Source: Patescibacteria group bacterium (GTDB lineage: Bacteria > Patescibacteriota > Patescibacteriia > CAIXNZ01). Taken from it: a DNA stretch of 64,000 nucleotides. The notes under the pieces are model-generated. The model did not search any database, was not told the origin of the DNA, and saw only the letters and a list, made by a program, of their open reading frames with translations. The stretch covers positions 21,467-85,466 of the forward strand of contig JBAZJU010000002.1 in NCBI GenBank assembly GCA_041651155.1, given 5' to 3'. Shown one piece after another: positions 39,686 to 47,671 of the stretch. Within the stretch, counting starts at the first letter, position 1. Each line of letters opens with the position of its first letter. Position numbers and translations under genes: made by a program.

Positions 39686-40441
39686 TTAAGGATTAAATCT
39701 ATCCCAAACCATATCATGAATTGAATTTAAACTTTCAGCAACTTCCTTATTTTTAATCAAAACCGCAAAAGGATTTTCTCTGGTCGTGTAGATCATAACC
39801 ATATCATCAAGCACTGCAAAAGAAGCTTTTATTGGATAAATATTGGGTGAAACCACAATAGATTTTCTTAATTCTTCTGCATCTTTTTTTAATACTTCTT
39901 TCATCGTTGGGGAATCGGGATTACCGGCAACAACCATTCTTCCTTTAATATTTTTTTGCACTCGTTTATTAATATAAGCTGACATCTGCGCTTTGCCATG
40001 TTGAGCCATAGTAGTTTCAACGTTTTCAAATGTTTTTCCGAGCTTTGTCTTAGCATTTTCCAACCAAATATCAGCGGCAATTTGGACACCTTCAATTCCT
40101 GAATAATATCTGATATCCAGCTTTTTTTCTGGCGCGCTGATATTTTTGGATAAATCAGAAATTATTTCATCCAAAGTAATATTTTTTCTGTCTAAAATAT
40201 AATGTAAATCTTTGGGACTAAGCGCCTGGTAATATTTACGTTTGCCAATTTTTATTATTGAAAGAAATCCCTGGCTTACTAAATTCTGAATCGGCTGGTA
40301 AGCGGCTGTTCGGGGTAATTTGGCTGTTTTGGCTAAATCAGATAAATTAGCTGACTCAAAATTCAAAGCCGCCAAATAGATTCTGGCCTCATAAGTATGA
40401 AGGTTGAAGACCATTTTTAATTGCTCAATTTGTTTTTCCAT
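39686..40441 (-). CDS. TrmB-family transcriptional regulator
   Basis: N-terminal wHTH YEARIYLAALNFESANLSDLAKTAKLPRTAAYQPIQNLVSQGFL plus a C-terminal sensor-like domain. Confidence 0.65.
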   Translation of the reverse strand: MEKQIEQLKMVFNLHTYEARIYLAALNFESANLSDLAKTAKLPRTAAYQPIQNLVSQGFLSIIKIGKRKYYQALSPKDLHYILDRKNITLDEIISDLSKNISAPEKKLDIRYYSGIEGVQIAADIWLENAKTKLGKTFENVETTMAQHGKAQMSAYINKRVQKNIKGRMVVAGNPDSPTMKEVLKKDAEELRKSIVVSPNIYPIKASFAVLDDMVMIYTTRENPFAVLIKNKEVAESLNSIHDMVWDRFNP

Positions 40442-40623
40442 AATTTTATTATAACAAATGACGCATATTTCGTCAAATTATTATAAATTAAATTGGCTAT
40501 AATTAGCTAAAATATTAATTATTACCAATATTTTTGTCAATAAAATTTGCAATAAATTAAGATGCTGATATATTAAAGCAAAAAGAAAGTTCTGAACCTT
40601 TAAAATTAAAAGGAGGTAAAAAA

Positions 40624-41727
40624 ATGAAAAAGGAACTTTGCCATACTAGTAGCAAACATTTAGAGGTAGTGGGTCCCTTTGCGGGCTCATTCGCATTTCT
40701 TGACAGGAAAGTGATGCAAAGTAATAATGCACCTTTTGGTGGCTCATTTTCCTGGCTAAACAGGAATCTTTGTGCGGAAAAAGCTAAAAAGCCCAAGACA
40801 ATTATTTCTTTGGCAATCAATGACATCTGCAATCTCGGCTGTCCGCACTGTATTGTAAAAAATTTCGCAACCCAACCTGAAAATGAATTGGTTTTAAACC
40901 AACGGCTCCGTGAACGCTTGAAAGAAATGGGCTGTCCTGGCACGCCACCTGATTTCATCAGCTTTGCCGGCAAAGAGCCGACCGAGACTCCTGAAAAACT
41001 GGTTTGGCTGGCAGAAGCAGTCAGACAATTTCCAGAAACAAAAACAATCTTGATGACTCATGCCTACAAGCTGACTCCGGAACTTCAGCATCAGCTTACT
41101 GGGCTGATTGACTATCTGGATCCATCCTTGGATGGCATTGGGAATGTAATTAAACCGGCTTTTGCTAATGGCAAAGAAACTTCTGCCTGGCAACACATCA
41201 AGTACGCGGTCAAAAACAAGCAATTCAAAAAAGTCGGAATTATCGTGACGCTTATGCCCGATACTTACAAGCGATTGCCCGAGCTGCTTAATCTTTTTGC
41301 CAAAGAATTCGGCAATGATGATAATGTCTCGGCCACAATCTGGTTTTACATTGGGCAAGCAGATGATCCTTTACTTCTCAACAAAAAGCAATTCCTGGAA
41401 GCAATTTCAATCGCGGACAATCATCCATGGCCCAATATCCAAATTGCTCTGCCTGGCCATTATATGTCTTACCTGCCTGACCTTGTCCAACAATTCAATA
41501 TTGATCAGGTAAGCCAAAAATTTTGTTCTCAAACGGGTATTGAATCTTACCTGATTAAAGACAAAATCTTAATTCTACCCACAAATCTCAATCTTTTAAG
41601 GATTGAATTTGATGGTAGGGCATACGCAGGTTGTGGACATTATCTCAACTTAGACGAAGCTCCACTGGGAAATATTGCCCAGGATACAATCGCAGAATTG
41701 TTTTCTCGCCTACCTAATTCAAACTAA
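40624..41727 (+). CDS. radical SAM protein with repeat-containing N-terminal extension
   Basis: CNLGCPHC (CxxxCxxC) with SD aaaaggaggtaaaaaaATG; N-terminus carries two copies of a PFxGSFxxLxR(K/N) motif; C-terminal Cys-rich region. Confidence 0.7.
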   Translation: MKKELCHTSSKHLEVVGPFAGSFAFLDRKVMQSNNAPFGGSFSWLNRNLCAEKAKKPKTIISLAINDICNLGCPHCIVKNFATQPENELVLNQRLRERLKEMGCPGTPPDFISFAGKEPTETPEKLVWLAEAVRQFPETKTILMTHAYKLTPELQHQLTGLIDYLDPSLDGIGNVIKPAFANGKETSAWQHIKYAVKNKQFKKVGIIVTLMPDTYKRLPELLNLFAKEFGNDDNVSATIWFYIGQADDPLLLNKKQFLEAISIADNHPWPNIQIALPGHYMSYLPDLVQQFNIDQVSQKFCSQTGIESYLIKDKILILPTNLNLLRIEFDGRAYAGCGHYLNLDEAPLGNIAQDTIAELFSRLPNSN

Positions 41728-41739
41728 AAAACTTTCTTG

Positions 41740-41775
41740 CAAAAACAAAAGCCCTGAACAATGTTCGGGGCTTTT
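41740..41775 (+). terminator. rho-independent terminator
   Basis: aaaagccctgaacaatgttcggggctttttt. Confidence 0.7.
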
Positions 41776-41982
41776 TTAATATAATTATTTTAAGTCCTAA
41801 TGCATTTTAACTACTCTATTAAATATTTCTCCATTTCTTTTTTCTTTTTCATAAATAAAGCGGTTTCTTCTGCTATTTTTTTATAATCCCGAACTTCGTC
41901 TAATATAATTTGTTTACTGCAAAGATTATTTTCTTTTATCCCTAAATAAGCGGGGTAACTGCACCATGGGTAATCAGCGGCA

Positions 41983-42498
41983 TTATCGGTTATTCCGTGA
42001 ATCTGGGCATTGGTGTTTTACATAGACGGAAAGCCAAAGCAAATGGTCAAAAGAAGTTATTTGAGTCGCTTTAAATTTACCTTGGAATAACACTCCGTTT
42101 CGATTATTTTTAGTATTGAAATACATAGTATAAGATGTCCCTAAACGCTGCATGAATTTTATAATACCGTTTTCTGCTAATTGCCTTACTATAAAATGAT
42201 AATGATTGGGATTTAAACAGTAACAGATAAATTCTACCAGGGGGTCGCTCAAAGGTTCGGCCTCCAAATTGGAGGCCGAACCTTGATCGCCTTGGTCGCC
42301 TACCTTAACTATTTCATTTATCGCTCTTTCCCTCAAAAACTTCCGATAAAACCCACCATCAACTTTGTTAGTATTGAATTCTGTCATGCTTTTTAAGAAT
42401 CTTAAATAATCGCCTTCGTCTAAAAAAACATCGCGTTTATCAACACCGCGATTATAGATATGGTAATATTCGTTATTATTGAAAATTATTTTTCGCAT
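41983..42498 (-). CDS. RAYT/IS200-like Y1 (HuH) transposase carrying an in-frame REP insertion
   Basis: YHIYNRG, HuH motif HYHFIV, GVLFQGKF and Tyr in SVYVKHQ; segment GDQGDQGSASNLEAEPLS is encoded by the palindrome at 42252-42284. Confidence 0.65.
   Translation of the reverse strand: MRKIIFNNNEYYHIYNRGVDKRDVFLDEGDYLRFLKSMTEFNTNKVDGGFYRKFLRERAINEIVKVGDQGDQGSASNLEAEPLSDPLVEFICYCLNPNHYHFIVRQLAENGIIKFMQRLGTSYTMYFNTKNNRNGVLFQGKFKATQITSFDHLLWLSVYVKHQCPDSRNNR
42252..42284. repeat. REP-like palindrome (copy 2), inside the RAYT-like gene
   Basis: aaggttcggcctccaaattggaggccgaacctt with adjacent direct repeats ccttgatcgc / cttggtcgcc. Confidence 0.7.
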
Positions 42499-42503
42499 AA
42501 ATA

Positions 42504-43166
42504 CTAAAAATGACTTTTCTTCTGTCTTTCTCTCCACTCCTTAATCTTGCCGTGATTCCCCGAAAGTAAAACCCCTGGAACTTTCCAGCTCTTAAACTTT
42601 TCCGGCTTAGTATATTGCGGATATTCTAATTCGGCTTGCCCCATTGGGGTTTCTTTGGAAAATGATTCATCTTTTGGCGATTCTAGATTACCTAAAACAC
42701 CAGGCAATAATCTGGTAATCCCATCAACCAAAACCATGGCTGGAATTTCACCGCCGGTTAAGACATAATTGCCAATAGAAATTTCTTCATCAGCCAAATG
42801 TTCAGCCACGCGATTATCAACTCCTTCGTAACGGCCGCAAATCATTATTAACTGGTCATATTTTTTCAAACGTCTCAATTCCTTTTGGGTTAAAGTTTTG
42901 CCCCGAGCAGAAAACAAAATTACCCGAACTTTCTTTTTCTTCTTTATTGACTTGAGCGCCTTATAAATCGGTTCAATTTTTAAAAGCATGCCCGCGCCTC
43001 CGCCATAGGGCGTGTCATCAACTGATTTGTATTTATTGCCCGCATACTGGCGTAAGTCAGTGATTTTAATATAAATTATTTTTTTCATTTGCGCGCGCTT
43101 AACCATGGCTGTGTTGAAATAGCTGTCAAAAATTTGGGGGAAGATGGTGATGATGTTGAAAGTCAT
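42504..43166 (-). CDS. trmD: tRNA (guanine37-N1)-methyltransferase
   Basis: TrmD-fold similarity throughout (ITIFPQ, GGGAGMLLKIEPIYKAL, YEGVDNRV). Confidence 0.9.
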   Translation of the reverse strand: MTFNIITIFPQIFDSYFNTAMVKRAQMKKIIYIKITDLRQYAGNKYKSVDDTPYGGGAGMLLKIEPIYKALKSIKKKKKVRVILFSARGKTLTQKELRRLKKYDQLIMICGRYEGVDNRVAEHLADEEISIGNYVLTGGEIPAMVLVDGITRLLPGVLGNLESPKDESFSKETPMGQAELEYPQYTKPEKFKSWKVPGVLLSGNHGKIKEWRERQKKSHF

Positions 43167-43204
43167 ATGAAATATGTAATAGGTAATAAGGATTGGTATT
43201 TCAT
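43167..43204. repeat. left arm of palindromic element flanking the four-helix-bundle gene
   Basis: gaaatatgtaataggtaataaggattggtattt, a 33-nt identical match to the reverse complement of the recA-copy right arm. Confidence 0.75.
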
Positions 43205-43572
43205 TTTTTATCCTTTGTCTGTTTGATTAAATTATTTAACTTAGCATTCAATAAATTTAATTTTTCTAAAAAATCTTGGTGATTAGATTTTTCGATAACT
43301 TTACGCTCCAGTAACAAATCATTCCAGTGCCTTGCCTCAAATAAAGATGCTCTTGCATTATAATAAAATTTAGCTTTATCTAAATAATGAAATCGGCCAT
43401 AGCCTTCTGCCACATTAGCAGCGATTGAATCTAAAGCTGTTATATATTGACGACCAAATATATAACGATTCTCTGAATTTAATTGCTCAAAATTAGCCCA
43501 ACCAATTCTAGATAATTCTCTGGCCAATTGATAAACTTCTAAATCTTCTAACTTTAAATATTCATTTCCCAT
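43201..43572 (-). CDS. four-helix-bundle protein (23S rRNA intervening-sequence protein family, TIGR02436-like)
   Basis: 123-aa helical protein, LEVYQLARELSRIGW...AANVAEGYGR family pattern. Confidence 0.75.
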   Translation of the reverse strand: MGNEYLKLEDLEVYQLARELSRIGWANFEQLNSENRYIFGRQYITALDSIAANVAEGYGRFHYLDKAKFYYNARASLFEARHWNDLLLERKVIEKSNHQDFLEKLNLLNAKLNNLIKQTKDKK

Positions 43573-43602
43573 ATTACATATTACGTATTACTTATTACCT
43601 TC
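43568..43602. repeat. right arm of palindromic element flanking the four-helix-bundle gene
   Basis: cccatattacatattacgtattacttattacc; its reverse complement matches the left arm of the recA and holA copies. Confidence 0.7.
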
Positions 43603-43660
43603 ATTATAACACAAACTCCGCGCTAAAAAACGCGGAGCTATGGTTTTTAATTCAGACGTT

Positions 43661-44419
43661 TTAGTACAATGGCTTACCAATCTTATAACTGTAAACAATT
43701 GAATCATCAAAATATAAAATTTTGCTTTGATAATCCGCGCCAGCATAAAAAGCTGCCTTGTCTGCAGTAATTGGCCTCAAGGTCAATGGAGCATCATACC
43801 TATTAACATAATATAAAGCCTGATCTGTTGCGCCTTGAACCACTTTCCCAACCAATTCTGAAATATCAGGCCTGTCTGTAAAAATAATTTTATTATTAAA
43901 CTCTTGATAATGATAAACTCGGCTAACAGCTTCAACATCTGAAATTGACAAAGCCCCATAATAATCAGTTGCTTTTATTTCTGTTTTTGTCTTCACAATA
44001 CTTTCATTGTTTGCGCAAATTGGTTTTATTCTGGCGCGATTCAGAGAATCATACCAGCCTTTGCCAAAAACTTCAGACCCTGCGCAAAAACGCGCGTCAA
44101 TTTCCGAATTTTGGGTCAAGCCATTCAGTTGAGTTGCATTGTCTGAAATTGATTCTTGGATATTTGTAATTTCTTCAGGCAAAATAAAAGGTTTATAAAA
44201 AATTAAATTAGTGGCTGGCTTTTGAAGATAACCGCTCAAAAAAGAAGGATCAGTGGGTATGTTAAAAAAATAAGTTTGTCCGGCTTCCAGGCCTTGGGCT
44301 GCACAATCCTCTTGGCAGATGTAAGCGCCATATTGGTCAACAGTTCCAGGCGATGCAAGGACAATTGCAGGAGAAAGTACCATTGATAAAATTGTAATGA
44401 TAAACAACAATCTGCGCAT
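43661..44419 (-). CDS. secreted hypothetical protein
   Basis: Signal peptide MRRLLFIITILSMVLSPAIVLA; no recognisable motif. Confidence 0.4.
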   Translation of the reverse strand: MRRLLFIITILSMVLSPAIVLASPGTVDQYGAYICQEDCAAQGLEAGQTYFFNIPTDPSFLSGYLQKPATNLIFYKPFILPEEITNIQESISDNATQLNGLTQNSEIDARFCAGSEVFGKGWYDSLNRARIKPICANNESIVKTKTEIKATDYYGALSISDVEAVSRVYHYQEFNNKIIFTDRPDISELVGKVVQGATDQALYYVNRYDAPLTLRPITADKAAFYAGADYQSKILYFDDSIVYSYKIGKPLY

Positions 44420-44551
44420 AAATTTAGCTTAAATAATTAAACTCTTAATTTGCTTAAAATTTAGCAAATATCTAAATTTAATGCAAGGGCTTGCCAAAAA
44501 CAAAACCGCCCGCGAAAAGCAGACGGTTTTGCCTATAAAATTCTTTATAAT

Positions 44552-44869
44552 TTATATTTTCAGATCATCAACAACATCAGTGTCAACTTCCTGAGTGCGT
44601 CTTGGAGGTCTTGAACCCTCTGGTTCAAAAATTTTCAAATTGACACGAGCATTGTTTTTGGCACCAACAATTTTTAAAAGGGTGCGGATTGAGCGGGCAG
44701 TATTACCCTGCTTGCCAATGACATAACCCATGTCGCTTTGATTGATGTGCAGGGTCAGTAAAACGCCCATTTCATCAACAGTTCTCTCCACTTTCACATC
44801 GTCAGGGTTGCCCACGATGGATTTAACAATGAATTCAACGAATTCCTTGTCTGCAAATTTCTCAGCCAT
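44552..44869 (-). CDS. khpA: KH-domain RNA-binding protein (KhpA/YlqC-like)
   Basis: VIGKQGNTARSIRTLL GxxG KH motif; sits between rpsP and trmD as in the canonical rpsP operon. Confidence 0.7.
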   Translation of the reverse strand: MAEKFADKEFVEFIVKSIVGNPDDVKVERTVDEMGVLLTLHINQSDMGYVIGKQGNTARSIRTLLKIVGAKNNARVNLKIFEPEGSRPPRRTQEVDTDVVDDLKI

Positions 44870-45043
44870 AGATTTTAAAATCCTTGACTCTTTTAATCAG
44901 TAAAACCAGATTAAAAGCTTAATTGTTAAAATCCGTTATAAAATACGGATAATATCATTATATCATATTGGCAGAAAAAGTCAACCCCAGTTGCTTTAAA
45001 AAACAAAAAAACAGGCTTTTAACCTGTTCTTTTTATGGAAATA

Positions 45044-45436
45044 TTAAGATTTTGGAGTCTCTTCCTTTGGTTCTTCTGCTTTTGCTTCAGGAGCTACTTC
45101 GGCTTTGGGAGCTGGAGCTGGGGTTGGTTCTTCTTTTTTCTTTGTTTCAGCTATTTTAACAGCGCGTCTTTTGGTAATTTTGGTGACTTTTTTCTTTTTG
45201 CCTTCAACAATTCCCTTGGTTACCAGCAAATTCCAGACAGTTTCTGATGGCTGAGCGCCTTTACTGATCCAATATTTAATCCGATCAGCTTTTAATTCAG
45301 CAACTTTGGTGCGAGGATTATAAACACCAAGATTTTCCAAATAACTGCCCCAAGGATCTTTGGTTTTTTCATTGATGATTATTCTGTAATTTGGCTGTTT
45401 GGTTTTGCCTGTGCGTGAAAATCTAATGACTAGCAT
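45044..45436 (-). CDS. rpsP: 30S ribosomal protein S16 with Lys/Pro/Ala-rich C-terminal extension
   Basis: MLVIRFSRTGKTKQPNYRIII...YNPRT..YW bS16 signature. Confidence 0.9.
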   Translation of the reverse strand: MLVIRFSRTGKTKQPNYRIIINEKTKDPWGSYLENLGVYNPRTKVAELKADRIKYWISKGAQPSETVWNLLVTKGIVEGKKKKVTKITKRRAVKIAETKKKEEPTPAPAPKAEVAPEAKAEEPKEETPKS

Positions 45437-45579
45437 AATATAAAAAAAATTAACTAATTAGCTTTAGTTATTTTGTACTTTTAATATTATAATAGAAACA
45501 AACAGAAGTCAAGAGTTTTGGCTAAAATTATTGACAATATTAAAATTTTGTGCTATAATCTGATGAAGCTCAAAATATT

Positions 45580-47637
45580 ATGTTTTTTACTAAAAAACCA
45601 ATTACAAAGAAATTTTTCTTGCTTTTTGTGGCTGTTTTATTTGCCGGCTTTTTATTTTTCCCTCAAAAAAGCCAAGCAGCTGAAAATGATACTTATCCAA
45701 AATTAGCAAATTATTTTACTGGCTGGGATTTGACCAATGCTGACATAGGCCAATTAGCCAAATGGGATTTAGTAATCTTAACTCCTCAAGCCGTAGAAAG
45801 ACAGCCGAAAATTTTAACGACATTAAGGCAAAAAAATCCGCGCATAAAAATCTTGGTCTATGTTTTGATGGAAGAAATTAATAATGAAATGCCGATTATT
45901 AATGCCTCGCCCTTTTATCAGCAAATTTACCAAAAAGTCAACCAAAATAATTGGTGGCTTAAGACTGCAGATGGCCAACACGTGGCCTGGTGGCCTAAAA
46001 CCTGGATGATTAATGTGACAAATTCAAATGCGAAAGAGGCCTGGAATGATTTTTTACCACAGCTTGTTTATAATAATTTCCTAACAAATAATGATTGGGA
46101 TGGCGTATTTTTTGATAATGTTTGGGATAACGTATCATGGCTGAATAAACCTATTGATACAAACAATGACAGCCTGGCGGATTCTCCTGCCTTAATGGAC
46201 CAAAGATGGCAAGAGGGAATAACTAAAGTATTAACCGCAATAAAAAAACTGGCGCCTGATAAAATAATTGTTATTAACGCAAATTCTAACAATTATAATA
46301 ATTTGCTTAATGGCCGCATGAAAGAAAATTTTCCAAACCAGAGTGAAGGCTATTGGACTGGCGCCATGAAAAATTATTTAACCAGCCAGGTCGGTTACCA
46401 ACCGCAATATTATATTATTAATTCAAACACCAAGAATACCGGATCCAAAGATGATTACCGCAATTTTCGCTTTGGCTTAACTTCAACTTTACTCGGCAAT
46501 GGCTATTATAGTTTTGACTATGGAGACCAAGGCCATACTAATGTCTGGTGGTTTGATGAATATAATTTCTTTTTGGGCAAAGGCGTAAGCGATCCCAAAA
46601 ACTTGCTGGCTGCCGACTCCAAGGAAGTCAAACCCGGAGTCTGGCAAAGGGATTTTCAAAATGCCTTAGTTATAGTTAATTCAACTGAACAGGCTCAAAA
46701 AATTAATTTTGATGAGGAATATGAAAAAATTAAAGGATCCCAGGATACTTCTACTAATAACGGCTCTATTGTTAAAAGCCTGACGCTCAAAGCTCATGAT
46801 GGTGTTATTCTCTTGCGCCGTATTGAAGAAATAAAAAACACACCTTATTATAATGGCTCTTTTGTACGCGCCTTTAACAAACTGGGCGATTCTGTCAGAA
46901 ACGGCTTTTTTATTTATGACAAACAATTTAAAGGCAATACTCTGGTTGCAAAAAAAGATATCAATAAAGATGGCCGGCTTGAAACTATCTCTGCTGACCT
47001 GGCAAAAATTTCCATTTTTGATGCTAATAATATTTTACTTGATTCTTTTTATCCTTATGGCCAAGCTTATAACAAGGGCCTGAATTTTGCCATTACAGAT
47101 TTTGAGAATGACGGCTTTTTTGAAATAGTCACTGGCACAATGCGCGGTTATGCTCCGCTGGTGAAAGTTTTTAATTATAAAGGCGAAGCTCAAGGTGAAG
47201 GTTTTTATGCTTACGCCAAAACTTATTTAGGCGGCGTTAATGTAGCAGCCGGAGATACTAATGGCAATGGCCAAAAAGAAATTGTTACCGGCGCTGGCTA
47301 TATGGGCGGACCGCAGGTCAGAATTTTTGATAAAAACGGCAAAATACTGTCTGGCGGTTTTTTTGCTTATAGCAAAGATTTTCGCGGCGGAGTTAATGTT
47401 GCCTGCGGTGATATTGATGGCAATGGCATTGATGAAATTGTTACTGGCGCTGGTTATGGCGGGAGTTCTCATGTTCGTTATTTTAACAGTAAATTCCAGC
47501 CGCTAAGCCCTGGTTTTTGGGCTTTTGGCAAGAATTCTAAAACTGGAGTGCGTGTTTTTCTTAATGATTTAGATGGTGATGGCAAGCAGGAAATTCTAGC
47601 CGCTTCACCTGATACTTTTACCACAGCTATTAAATAA
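45580..47637 (+). CDS. secreted protein: N-terminal glycoside-hydrolase-like domain + C-terminal FG-GAP/beta-propeller repeats
   Basis: Signal peptide; repeated GDTNGNGQKEIVTGAGY / GDIDGNGIDEIVTGAGY / DLDGDGKQEIL FG-GAP-like calcium-binding repeats. Confidence 0.5.
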   Translation: MFFTKKPITKKFFLLFVAVLFAGFLFFPQKSQAAENDTYPKLANYFTGWDLTNADIGQLAKWDLVILTPQAVERQPKILTTLRQKNPRIKILVYVLMEEINNEMPIINASPFYQQIYQKVNQNNWWLKTADGQHVAWWPKTWMINVTNSNAKEAWNDFLPQLVYNNFLTNNDWDGVFFDNVWDNVSWLNKPIDTNNDSLADSPALMDQRWQEGITKVLTAIKKLAPDKIIVINANSNNYNNLLNGRMKENFPNQSEGYWTGAMKNYLTSQVGYQPQYYIINSNTKNTGSKDDYRNFRFGLTSTLLGNGYYSFDYGDQGHTNVWWFDEYNFFLGKGVSDPKNLLAADSKEVKPGVWQRDFQNALVIVNSTEQAQKINFDEEYEKIKGSQDTSTNNGSIVKSLTLKAHDGVILLRRIEEIKNTPYYNGSFVRAFNKLGDSVRNGFFIYDKQFKGNTLVAKKDINKDGRLETISADLAKISIFDANNILLDSFYPYGQAYNKGLNFAITDFENDGFFEIVTGTMRGYAPLVKVFNYKGEAQGEGFYAYAKTYLGGVNVAAGDTNGNGQKEIVTGAGYMGGPQVRIFDKNGKILSGGFFAYSKDFRGGVNVACGDIDGNGIDEIVTGAGYGGSSHVRYFNSKFQPLSPGFWAFGKNSKTGVRVFLNDLDGDGKQEILAASPDTFTTAIK

Positions 47638-47671
47638 AGCATTTTTTACATTTATTTGCTAAACTTACTAT

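Noticed and set aside
45035-45247. 70-aa plus-strand ORF rich in Phe, Trp and Ser
   Set aside because: It is antisense to rpsP.
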